A stretch of DNA of 64,000 nucleotides from Acidobacteriota bacterium (GTDB taxonomy: Bacteria > Acidobacteriota > Vicinamibacteria > Vicinamibacterales > UBA8438): positions 18,225 through 82,224 of the forward strand of contig VXME01000022.1 in NCBI GenBank assembly GCA_009861545.1, written 5' to 3'. Below the pieces are notes generated by a model, which did not search any database, had not been told where the DNA came from, and worked only from the letters and a program-made list of their open reading frames with translations. Each line of letters opens with the position of its first letter. The first letter of the stretch is position 1. Of this stretch, positions 45,516-54,339 are shown piece after piece. Both the position numbers and the translations under genes were made by a program.

Positions 45516-48119
45516 CTACGGCGCCGACTCTCGGCGTGCACGCGTCTCGGCGCGCCGCATGCGGAACGGCGCGCTCTCGACGACGCCGGTGACGAACGCC
45601 GACCAGCGGCCGCCGTTCTCGCGGGCCGTGTCGACGATCGCCGCCAGCGCCTCGGCGTCGTAGTGCTCCAGCCCGCGGCCGAGGGCGTAGGTCAGCAGCT
45701 TCTCGCTCAGGTTGCGCCGAAACGCGTCCGCGCGGTCGCGCAGCACCTGCTTCAACTCGGCCGGCCCGCGGAACGTCGTACCGTCGGGCAGCACGCCGGT
45801 ATCGTCGATTGGAGCGTCGCCCTCGTGCGTCCGCCAGGCGCCGGCCGCGTCGTACTTCTCCAGGCCGAAGCCGATCGGATCGATCTGGTTGTGGCACACC
45901 GCGCAGCTCGGGTTGGTGCGATGCGCCTCCATCTGCTCTCGGAGCGTAGCGCCGCCACTGGCGGCGCCGTCGGCTTCCAGCGCCGGGACGTCCGCGGGCG
46001 GCTCCGGCGGCGGCGCCCCGAGCAGGTTCTCGAGCACCCACTTGCCTCGTAACACCGGCGACGTGCGCGTCGGATAGGAAGAGACGGTCAGGACGCTCGC
46101 GTGCGACAGCAGGCCGCTACGCTGTCGTCCGTCGAGAGCGACCCGCTGGAAAGCCTCGCCGTCGATCCCGGGTATTCCGTAGTGGCGGGCAAGCGGGCCA
46201 TTGACGAAAGTGAACGGCGCGTCGAGCAGGTCGAGCACGCTGCGGTCCTCGCGCACGATTGTCTGCAGAAACAACTCGGTCTCGATGCGCATGGCGTCGC
46301 GCAGCTCGTCGTCGACGGTCGGGAACCGCGCCGGGTCCGGCTTGGCGCGGTCGAGCGCGCGCAACTGCAGCCACTGCGCCGCGAAGTCGGTGACGAGCGT
46401 GCGGGCCTTCGGGTCCGCCAGCATGCGCAGCGTCTCGGCCCGCAGCACGGCCGGGTCGCTGAGCCGTCCCGCATCGGCGAGCCGGAAGAGCCGCTCGTCC
46501 GGCATGTCGGCCCAGAGGAAGTACGACAGCCGCGAAGCCAGCTCGTGGTCGTCGAGCGCTCGCACGTCCTCACCGGCCGCCGGGTCGCGCTCGATGCGGA
46601 ACAGGAAGTTGGGGGAGAGCAGCACTGCCTGCAGAGCGAGCCGGATACCCTCCTCGAACGAATCGCCCGCCGCCCGTGCCTGCCGCACCAGGCCGAGCAG
46701 CGGGTCGACGTCGGCCGCGGTCACCGGCCGGCGGTACGCGCGGCGGGCCAGGTTCGTCACCACCTCGCGGGCGCAGCCCTCGTCGTGCTTACCCGGCCGG
46801 GGCCGGCAGACCAAGATGCGGTCGTAGCTCGCGGGCGGGGCCTGGCTCGGGTTGAAGGGGCCGACGATGTCGACGTAATCGACGTACAGGACCCGCCGGC
46901 CGTCGTCCATCACGTTGTCGCGCGGGTCGTCGATGTCGGCGACGTGCGGATAGGAGATGCGGAAGTCGCGCACCCCGGCCGTCACCGGCACGCGCGTGAC
47001 GAACTCCCCGCGCTCGTACCCGAAGGCGTTGCTCCCCTCGATGAGCTCCTCGCGAAACACCTGCCCGTCGAGCGTCGCGACCACCGGCACCGGCGGCTGG
47101 CTCTGCCGGGCGTCTTCGATGAAGCGGGCCAGCCGTTCCTCGGCGGTCATGCGTGCTTCGAGCGCCCGGTCGCGCCGGTCGTGCTCCTCCGCCTCGATCG
47201 CTCCGCGGGCGATGAGCTGCCGCCGGCTGTAACGGTAGTTGGCGGCGCGGAAGCGAAGCTCGTACTCGGCGTCCCACGGAAACAGGTGCGAGCCGTACAG
47301 GGCGCCCCGCATCGAGTAGGGCAGGATGTTCGCGCCGGTCAGGTCGTTGCCGGCGTCGTGCGAGCGCCTGCCCATGTAGCGGGCGAGCAGGGTCGGCTCG
47401 GCGGGCACCGGCTCGCCGAAGATGGCGACGCGCGAGAGCCGCTTCGCCGCCGCGACGTATTTCTCCATCAGCAGCGGCGACACCGACAGCACATCGCCGA
47501 TGTTGTCGAAGCCGTAGCCGGAATCGTCGATCGGGAACTCGTCGGCCGGGCTGCCGTGGACGCCAAGCAGGCTGCGGACCGTGTTGTCGTACTCGACCCG
47601 GTTGAGCCGGCGCGCGGTCACGCGACCCGGATCGGCCGTCCTGCGGTAGCCTGCGTCGGCCAGGTACGCTTCGATGGACGCGCTCAGGCGTGCGATCGCG
47701 TCGTCAGCCGGTCGGGGGCGTCCCGGGGGCGGCATCTGCCCGGCATTCAGCCTTCCCAGCACCCGGGTCCACGTATCGATCTGCGGCTCGACGGCGGCAC
47801 CGGCGGTATCCCGCTCTCTGGAAGCCGCCTGCGGGTCGAGCGTAGCGGCGAGCCGTTCCAGATTGAGGTTCACCGTGCTCAAGCGGTTGCCGTGGCAGAC
47901 GACGCAGTGCTCGGCGAAGAACGGCGCGGCTTCGGCGTGCAGCGCGTCGGCCGGGGATGCGCTCGCCGCTTCGGGTGCCTGTGCGGCGGCCGTGCCCGGA
48001 ACCGTCGTCGCTGCCAGGGCGAGCAACAGGCAAGCGCCGCCCAGCCGCCGACGGGTGGAACCGAGACCGAGGCGCGCGCGGAAAGTCTCCCACATGGTGC
48101 GGATCATTATGGCACCCAT
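45516..48119 (-). CDS. DUF1587/1592/1595/1588/1585 multi-domain protein with two CxxCH motifs
   Basis: FFAEHCVVCHGNR lies near the N-terminus and NPSCAVCHNQIDPIGFGLE near the C-terminus. The architecture is a typical partner of DUF1552. The start is uncertain (48119, 48107 or 48095). Confidence 0.82.
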   Translation of the reverse strand: MGAIMIRTMWETFRARLGLGSTRRRLGGACLLLALAATTVPGTAAAQAPEAASASPADALHAEAAPFFAEHCVVCHGNRLSTVNLNLERLAATLDPQAASRERDTAGAAVEPQIDTWTRVLGRLNAGQMPPPGRPRPADDAIARLSASIEAYLADAGYRRTADPGRVTARRLNRVEYDNTVRSLLGVHGSPADEFPIDDSGYGFDNIGDVLSVSPLLMEKYVAAAKRLSRVAIFGEPVPAEPTLLARYMGRRSHDAGNDLTGANILPYSMRGALYGSHLFPWDAEYELRFRAANYRYSRRQLIARGAIEAEEHDRRDRALEARMTAEERLARFIEDARQSQPPVPVVATLDGQVFREELIEGSNAFGYERGEFVTRVPVTAGVRDFRISYPHVADIDDPRDNVMDDGRRVLYVDYVDIVGPFNPSQAPPASYDRILVCRPRPGKHDEGCAREVVTNLARRAYRRPVTAADVDPLLGLVRQARAAGDSFEEGIRLALQAVLLSPNFLFRIERDPAAGEDVRALDDHELASRLSYFLWADMPDERLFRLADAGRLSDPAVLRAETLRMLADPKARTLVTDFAAQWLQLRALDRAKPDPARFPTVDDELRDAMRIETELFLQTIVREDRSVLDLLDAPFTFVNGPLARHYGIPGIDGEAFQRVALDGRQRSGLLSHASVLTVSSYPTRTSPVLRGKWVLENLLGAPPPEPPADVPALEADGAASGGATLREQMEAHRTNPSCAVCHNQIDPIGFGLEKYDAAGAWRTHEGDAPIDDTGVLPDGTTFRGPAELKQVLRDRADAFRRNLSEKLLTYALGRGLEHYDAEALAAIVDTARENGGRWSAFVTGVVESAPFRMRRAETRARRESAP

Positions 48120-48192
48120 GTCGACCTGCGGATGGGCGAGTTCATCGAGCGGACGCTCATGACGTAACGAGTAGGGCCGTCGTGTTATTCTG

Positions 48193-48211
48193 TATTCCAG
48201 ATTCTGGAATA
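48193..48211 (+). promoter_or_regulatory. Perfect inverted repeat (putative operator) 11 nt upstream of the AbiEi-like gene
   Basis: TATTCCAG-ATT-CTGGAATA has 8-bp arms and a 3-nt spacer. ATTCTG also repeats directly at 48187 and 48201. The local patch is AT-rich. Confidence 0.5.
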
Positions 48212-48221
48212 TGGAACGCCG

Positions 48222-48761
48222 ATGAGTCCGTCTGCGCTGCTCTCCCAAGACGTCGTGGTGCTTGCGAAGTTGCTGAGCTATGCCGACCACCGGCCACCCT
48301 TGGTGCGGATGGCTGCGGACCTGCTCCTTAGCGGGTCCCAGGTACACGCTGCCCTGAACAGGCTGGCAGCCGCACGGTTGGTCTTCAAGGACGCCCGCAG
48401 CAGCCGGCCCAACCGGAGCGCGGCAGAGGAGTTCTTCGTGCACGGCGTTAAGTACATGTTTCCGGCAGTCCGAGGCGGTGTCACCCGGGGAATGCTCACT
48501 TCATACGCAGCCCCGCCCTTGGACCGTCAGATCTCGGGTGGCCCCGATCTCCCGCCCGTCTGGCCGTTCGCGATGGGGAAGCACAGAGGCGTCTCCATCG
48601 AGCCCCTATACAAGACTGTACCCCTGGCAGCGCGCGCGGACCCGAACCTCTACGAGCTGCTGGCCCTGCTGGACGCCTTGCGGGACGGTCGCGCTCGGGA
48701 GAGGAGCCTTGCTGAGCGTGAGATCGTAAAGCGGGCAAGAGAACGTCCTCATGCAAGATGA
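48222..48761 (+). CDS. wHTH protein, AbiEi-like antitoxin/regulator candidate
   Basis: The N-terminus VVVLAKLLSYADHRPPLVRMAADLLLSGSQVHAALNRLAAARLV is winged-helix-like. It overlaps the downstream NTase gene by 11 nt. Confidence 0.5.
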   Translation: MSPSALLSQDVVVLAKLLSYADHRPPLVRMAADLLLSGSQVHAALNRLAAARLVFKDARSSRPNRSAAEEFFVHGVKYMFPAVRGGVTRGMLTSYAAPPLDRQISGGPDLPPVWPFAMGKHRGVSIEPLYKTVPLAARADPNLYELLALLDALRDGRARERSLAEREIVKRARERPHAR

Positions 48762-49434
48762 TCCCAACCTCCAGTTGCTGCAGGCGGCGGCCCAGGCTCT
48801 GGAGCCAATGCTCGGAGAGGTGGTGTTCGTAGGCGGATGTGTTACAGGACTGTTGATCACGGATCCTGCGGTCGCTGGTGTACGACCGACGACGGACGTC
48901 GACGTGATCGCCGAGGTGTATTCGTACGCCCAGTACGATGAGCTGTCCGACCGGCTCCGAGAGCTTGAACTGGTTCAGGACGCTCGCGAGGGTGCGCCGA
49001 CTTGCCGGTGGCGTCAAGGAAACCTGACGATAGACGTAATGCCGATTGACGAGGAAGTCCTGGGGTTCGCCAACCGCTGGTATCTGCCGGCCATGGAATC
49101 GTCTGAGAACATCGAACTGGCCGGGTTGACTCTTCGCCGCATCACCCCTGTCTACTTCATTGCAACCAAGCTGGAGGCTTTTCACGGACGCGGGGCCGGT
49201 GACTATCTCACCAGTCATGACCTCGAAGACATCATCACGGTTGTCGACGGACGAGAAGAGCTGGTTGCCGATGTGCGAAACGCGCCGGAGGACGTGCGCG
49301 GCTACATCCAGAACGAGTGTGGGGCACTGCTCCGCTCGGAGGACTTCCTCAACGCCATGCCTGGACTCGTCCAGGAGGGCGTTCGTCTCCCTGTGCTGCG
49401 GGAACGACTCGATGCGTTGGCGTCTCGGGCGTGA
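48751..49434 (+). CDS. Nucleotidyltransferase-fold protein, AbiEii-like toxin candidate
   Basis: VVFVGGCVTGLL and RPTTDVDVIA fit the AbiEii motif I/II pattern (hGG..., RxTxDxD). The later FIATKLEAFHGRG..DYLTSHDLEDII also fits. Confidence 0.6.
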   Translation: MQDDPNLQLLQAAAQALEPMLGEVVFVGGCVTGLLITDPAVAGVRPTTDVDVIAEVYSYAQYDELSDRLRELELVQDAREGAPTCRWRQGNLTIDVMPIDEEVLGFANRWYLPAMESSENIELAGLTLRRITPVYFIATKLEAFHGRGAGDYLTSHDLEDIITVVDGREELVADVRNAPEDVRGYIQNECGALLRSEDFLNAMPGLVQEGVRLPVLRERLDALASRA

Positions 49435-49458
49435 TCGGCGGGTTTCCCGCCGTTGCTC

Positions 49459-50190
49459 TCAGCCGGAACGAGCGTACGACGCCTCCGCCTCTCGCACGCG
49501 GACGCAGGCCCGCTGCCGGCGGCGCACGATGCGCGCCACGGCCGCCGTGCGTTCGTCACGGGTCACGCTGAGTCGCACACCGGCCACGGCCTCGCACACA
49601 TCGTCTGGCGTGAGTCCCCCGAGGACGTTGGAGGAGGCGAGACGCCGCGGCGCCGTTCGGGGACGCAAGGCGCGGAACTCTGCCCGCGGAGTGCCGGACC
49701 CGTCCGGATCCTGCAGCAGCCAGAGCTCCGGCACCCCCAGGTCGGCGTAGCGCTCGATCTTGCTCTCGTCGGCGCTCGTGATCTCGACCTCTACCACGAG
49801 ATCGGGTGCGTTCGCGTCGAAGAACGCATCGGCCGCCTCTTTTCCCTCCGCGAGTACGGCGCGGTAGGCCCTGGCCTGCTCACCGACGTAGAACGCGCAG
49901 TCCGGCTCCATGCCCGTACCAGGGGGAGCAGTTGGTTCCCGAAGCCGCGCCGCAAGGAGCCCTTTCACCGCACCTGTGAGCGCGCTTGCCGCGACATCCA
50001 CCACATGGTCGAGGGTCCGGGCAAGCTCCTCGTGGAGCCGCGACGGGGCCATCAGCGTGATGAGGCCGCGCACGGGATCGAGGTAGACGCGCCGGAACGA
50101 CCGGTTCCAGTCGATGGAGGCCAGCTCGACCACGGTCTGCGGGTCGGCGTGCAGGACGTGGATGGTGGACCCGAGGGGCCCGGTGTGCAT
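49459..50190 (-). CDS. Uma2 (DUF820) family endonuclease-like protein (second copy in window)
   Basis: Starts at ATG 50190. EPDCAFYVGE ... APDLVVEVEITSADESKIERYADLGVPELWLL is the Uma2 core. Confidence 0.7.
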   Translation of the reverse strand: MHTGPLGSTIHVLHADPQTVVELASIDWNRSFRRVYLDPVRGLITLMAPSRLHEELARTLDHVVDVAASALTGAVKGLLAARLREPTAPPGTGMEPDCAFYVGEQARAYRAVLAEGKEAADAFFDANAPDLVVEVEITSADESKIERYADLGVPELWLLQDPDGSGTPRAEFRALRPRTAPRRLASSNVLGGLTPDDVCEAVAGVRLSVTRDERTAAVARIVRRRQRACVRVREAEASYARSG

Positions 50191-50318
50191 CGTGGCCTGA
50201 CGCTCGGTCTCGGCGCGGGAGCCGTCCTTGGCCACGATGTTCACGATAGCACGCCGCACCGGTCGCCACCCGGCGGCGTGCTGCCGATGAACGCCACCAG
50301 GACGATGAAGCAGTGCGC

Positions 50319-50342
50319 GGGCGGGGCGCCGAGGCCCCGCCC
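50319..50342 (-). terminator. GC-rich hairpin 7 nt downstream of the hydrolase stop
   Basis: GGGCGGGGC (50319-50327) pairs with GCCCCGCCC (50334-50342), a 9-bp perfect stem with a 6-nt loop. There is no clear U-tract. Confidence 0.4.
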
Positions 50343-50349
50343 GCCGTGG

Positions 50350-52407
50350 TCACTGCTGGCCGTCGTTGCCGGTGTCCTCCTCCATCAGGTAGTCCCAGTG
50401 CCGTGCGGCTTGGGCCAGGATGGGCGCGAGGTCTCCGGCGAGCAGGTATCCGTCGCCCACCAGTGCAAGGGCGGCCTCCGTTACCCGGCCGAGGTATTCG
50501 GCGCGGCTGCCGTAGCGTTCCTGAATCGACGAGCGCGGGTCGCCGGTGCGGCGGCGGTCATCGACCGTCCGCGGGAACGGGACGTAGGAGCCCTGCATGC
50601 TCGACAGCACGTCGGTCGGCCCCGCCTCGGCATGGAACAGGTTCCAGCCGGTGTACGTGGCCAGCGGCACGGCGACCTCAGGCATCATCAGGCCGCCGGT
50701 CTCGTTACCGTCGGCGTCGACGCTCGGCACGAGGATCGGGAACGCCGAGAGCACCTCCGGGGGCTGCTCCGAGGCGATGCCGCGGGTCCGGAACTCCGGC
50801 CCGTAGACGGCCCGGTAGGCGAGGTGCGGCACGGCAGGTTGTCCGACGCCCGGCAGCTCGGGGAAGCCCAGGTTCTCGGGCAGCACGAGATCGTCGTCCG
50901 CGATGCGCGGGAAGACGCTGGACGGCGGGGCCGCCGAGTCGTCGTCGACCCAGCGATCCATGGCCAGCAGCAGCGGCCGCAGGAACCAGGAGTAGTCGTT
51001 CGGGTTGCTCAGCTCCTGACCGCTCGTGCGCCGCGGCGGGAAGCGGCCGGGACCGTGCTGGCCGCCGGCGAACGAGTAGATGCGAACGTTGTCGAGCAGC
51101 GGCGCGTCCGCCGTCCCGTCGAGGGTGGTGTGGATCAGCGACGCGGCGCGGCCCCAGTACTCGTAGGACGAGTTCGTGTAGAAGACCTTCGGCATGTGTC
51201 CGGGCTGGATACCCGCGAGCAGGCCGTCTCGCATGTCCGTCTCCGGGTCGTGCTGCACCACGTCGGTGAACGGGAAGATATCGCTCGGGTAGAGCTTGTT
51301 CAGGAACGGGTGGCCGTCGCGCGACGGCTGCGCGAAGCGGTGGTTGAAGCTGCCGCGTCCGCCGCCCGCCACGTGCGACATCACGCCGTCGAACGCCCGC
51401 CGGTTCTGTTCGTCGACATTGAATCCGTGGTGCAGGAACGTCCGCAGGAAGCGCCCGCTCTGCGAGACGCCCCAGGCGATGGCATGCTCGATGGCGTCGG
51501 CCGGCAGGCCCAGCGCCGGCGTCGCCTCGTACTTCATCTGCGAGATCATGTCGCGGACCGCCGCGGGCCCGAGCCCGACCAGGGCCGGGTCCTTGGCGAC
51601 GTAGACCACGTCGTAGATCTTGAACGGCTCGAAACCGCCCTCCAGGTAGACCCGGGTCGGATCGTCGACGACCGAGCCGTCGTCGTTGCGCCGGGCGAAG
51701 CGCCACTGGTCGCGCGGCACGACGCGCCGCGGCTGGTCGACGCCGTCACGCACCGTCATCACGTTGGCCGGGTCGCCCGGGTCGGCGACCGGATAGGCGA
51801 TGTGGCTCCGGTCGGCGAGCGAGCGGTCGTATGTGCGCTGGTTGACGATCACCTCGCTGCGGACCAGCCCCGTGAGCGGGTTGCCGTCGTCGGTGGCCAC
51901 CGGCGTGTGCAGCCGCATCTGACCGTCGCGCACCGGCACGTCGAACTGCCAGCCGAGCCACAGCAGCGAGAAGCCGTTCTGCAGCAGGAACCCGTCGCCC
52001 ATCTCCTCGGCCGTCTGCGGGTCGCGGCTGCCGGCCGCGTTGTTGAAGTAGCCGAGCATCCCCTTGCCGCCGCGGTTCGACACCTCGTAGAGGACGGTGC
52101 CGTTGCCGCGCGCGGCGTCCTTCGGCTTCAGCAGGAAGAAGTTCGAGCGGAACTCCACCATGCCGCGGTCGTTGCGCGGCGCGAAGTCGATGTCGGTGAC
52201 GATCCGGTTGGCCGGATTCGCCGGGTCGACCTCGAAGTGCACCATGCCGGCCAGCTTCTCGTAGGGCCCTGCGAGGCCATAGGCCATGCCGCCGGCGACG
52301 TCGGCGCGGCTCTCGACGTCGACGCGGACCACATCCGCCGAAGCGGTCGCGGCGACGCCGAGCGCAATCACGGACAGGGTCACGAACGTTGCAATGAGGC
52401 GATTCAT
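50350..52407 (-). CDS. Exported alpha/beta-hydrolase-like protein (large, family of uncharacterised hydrolases)
   Basis: The ATG at 52407 follows GAGGAGG. It has a signal peptide and GVSQSGRFLRTFL, a nucleophile-elbow-like GxSxG. Confidence 0.65.
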   Translation of the reverse strand: MNRLIATFVTLSVIALGVAATASADVVRVDVESRADVAGGMAYGLAGPYEKLAGMVHFEVDPANPANRIVTDIDFAPRNDRGMVEFRSNFFLLKPKDAARGNGTVLYEVSNRGGKGMLGYFNNAAGSRDPQTAEEMGDGFLLQNGFSLLWLGWQFDVPVRDGQMRLHTPVATDDGNPLTGLVRSEVIVNQRTYDRSLADRSHIAYPVADPGDPANVMTVRDGVDQPRRVVPRDQWRFARRNDDGSVVDDPTRVYLEGGFEPFKIYDVVYVAKDPALVGLGPAAVRDMISQMKYEATPALGLPADAIEHAIAWGVSQSGRFLRTFLHHGFNVDEQNRRAFDGVMSHVAGGGRGSFNHRFAQPSRDGHPFLNKLYPSDIFPFTDVVQHDPETDMRDGLLAGIQPGHMPKVFYTNSSYEYWGRAASLIHTTLDGTADAPLLDNVRIYSFAGGQHGPGRFPPRRTSGQELSNPNDYSWFLRPLLLAMDRWVDDDSAAPPSSVFPRIADDDLVLPENLGFPELPGVGQPAVPHLAYRAVYGPEFRTRGIASEQPPEVLSAFPILVPSVDADGNETGGLMMPEVAVPLATYTGWNLFHAEAGPTDVLSSMQGSYVPFPRTVDDRRRTGDPRSSIQERYGSRAEYLGRVTEAALALVGDGYLLAGDLAPILAQAARHWDYLMEEDTGNDGQQ

Positions 52408-52445
52408 CGGTCCTCCTCGGTCTGGCCGGGAACGCATCCGGTTCA

Positions 52446-54155
52446 CTACCACCAGTTGTAGTCGATGTGGAAATCGTACTGCACGGTCTCGCTGTCGAAG
52501 TAGCCGAGCCGGCCGCAGCGGAACCGGAGCTCCCAGTCGAGCATCCGGAACGGGCCGGCGTAGAGTCTCCAGCGCGGCGCGTCGCCCGGCTCGGTGGTGT
52601 ACTCGATCGTCGCGCCCTCGGTCGGACAGGTCAGCTCCACCGTCGGCGGGTAGTGGAACATGCCGCCGGGCGGATCCGCCTTCGGCGGGGCGGCCGTCTG
52701 GTAGACGCCCTCGGGGCGTAAGCGCCGCACCAGGTCGATCTCGGGAATCGCGCCCAGGTCGCCGGTCGTCGCGATCCACTCGTCGAGCGCGGCGCGCATC
52801 CGGGCGAGCCGCTCCGTGTGAGCCGGTTCGCCGGCCAGGTTGAGCACTTCGTGCGGGTCGGTCTCGGTGTCGTAGAGCTCTTCCGCCGGCTTCGTCCCCG
52901 CCATGAAGTGGCGTTGCGGCCCCACCAGCTCATCTGCCGCCGCCAGCCGCCGCCAGACCTGCATCGTCGGCATCAGGTCCATGTAGGCGATGCGCTGCGC
53001 ATAGGGCAGTTCGGGGGCGAAGTTCCGGATGTACTTGTAGCGGTGGTCGCGGACCGCGCGGATGCGGTCGTAGGTCTCGTCCATCCGGTCGCGGGTGAAG
53101 AACAGGTGCTCGGGCTCGGGCGCCGCGTCCGCGCCCAGGAAGACGCGGCCCTGCATGTGCGCCGGGACCGTAACGCCGGCGAGCGACAGCAGGGTCGGGG
53201 CGAAGTCGATGAAGCTGACGAGGTCGCCTCGCACCGTGCCCGGCTCGATGCGGCCCGGCCACCGGACCAGCAGCGGCACGCGCAGTCCGGAGTCGTAGAC
53301 CCAGCGCTTGCCGCGCGGCAGCCCCCAGCCGTGGTCGCCGTAGAAGAAGACCACCGTGTCGCCGGCCAGCCCGTCGGCCTCGAGCGCGGCGAGAATCTCG
53401 CCCGCCTCTGCGTCCATCACGGTGACCAGGTCGTAGTACCGCGCGATGTCCCGGCGGACCTCCGGGACGTCCGGGTAGTACGGCGGCAACGGCGCCGCGG
53501 CCGGATCGTGGCGGGCCGCCGGCGTCAACTCCGCGGTCCGCTCGGCGAAACGGTCGTCCGGCATGCGGACCTGGCCCTCGTGCGACGCGCCGAGGTTGAA
53601 CACCGAGAAGAACGGCTGCCCGGGCGCCCGGTTGCGCCAATGCGCGTGCTCGCCGTTCTGGTCCCAAAGCCCGAGCGGCGCCTCGCGCACCGCGCGGCGG
53701 GTCTCGGTCGGCAGCCAGGGCGAGAAGTTGTAGTCGGTCTTGGCGTTGTTGGTCGTGAAGTACCCGGCCGCGCGCAGCCGTTCGGTGAAGCCCTTGACGT
53801 GAGGCGGCGGCACGGCGGTGGACCGCATGTGATGCGAGCCGATCGACGTCGGGTACATGCCGGTGATGATCCCCGAACGCGCCGGGGCGCAGACCGGGGT
53901 CACCGCGAAGGCGCGCGTGAAGCGGGCGCCCTCGGCGGCCAGCCGGTCCAGGTTCGGCGTGACCGCGTAGGCGTCGCCGTAGCTGCGGTGATGGGGACCG
54001 TGGTCCTCGGCGACGATCCAGAGGATGTTCGGCGGCGGCGGGTCGGTACCGGGCGGCGAAGGGGCAGTCGCCAGAGCATCCGGGGCCGGTGCGGTGGTCG
54101 CGCCACAGGCGGTGAGCGCGAGCGCCGCCAGCAGGACGCAGGCCCTTCGCATCAT
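52446..54155 (-). CDS. Arylsulfatase-family sulfatase (Cys-type)
   Basis: Lipoprotein-like signal (LALTACG), NILWIVAEDHG, and the formylglycine motif CAPARSG within TPVCAPARSGIITG. Confidence 0.88.
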   Translation of the reverse strand: MMRRACVLLAALALTACGATTAPAPDALATAPSPPGTDPPPPNILWIVAEDHGPHHRSYGDAYAVTPNLDRLAAEGARFTRAFAVTPVCAPARSGIITGMYPTSIGSHHMRSTAVPPPHVKGFTERLRAAGYFTTNNAKTDYNFSPWLPTETRRAVREAPLGLWDQNGEHAHWRNRAPGQPFFSVFNLGASHEGQVRMPDDRFAERTAELTPAARHDPAAAPLPPYYPDVPEVRRDIARYYDLVTVMDAEAGEILAALEADGLAGDTVVFFYGDHGWGLPRGKRWVYDSGLRVPLLVRWPGRIEPGTVRGDLVSFIDFAPTLLSLAGVTVPAHMQGRVFLGADAAPEPEHLFFTRDRMDETYDRIRAVRDHRYKYIRNFAPELPYAQRIAYMDLMPTMQVWRRLAAADELVGPQRHFMAGTKPAEELYDTETDPHEVLNLAGEPAHTERLARMRAALDEWIATTGDLGAIPEIDLVRRLRPEGVYQTAAPPKADPPGGMFHYPPTVELTCPTEGATIEYTTEPGDAPRWRLYAGPFRMLDWELRFRCGRLGYFDSETVQYDFHIDYNWW

Positions 54156-54339
54156 CTCTTCCGGCTCGGTGCCGAACGACGGTAGTCGATTATCCGGCGC
54201 GGGTCCAATGACGGGCGACGCTCGATTCCGGCTTCGCCACACTGCACGCCGACGTGGCGGTGCTGCTTCCCGGCCTGCTGTAGTCGTTCGAAGGGCGGAA
54301 CGGCTAAACGGCGGCTTTCGGGTCGGCGTCTACGGTTGC

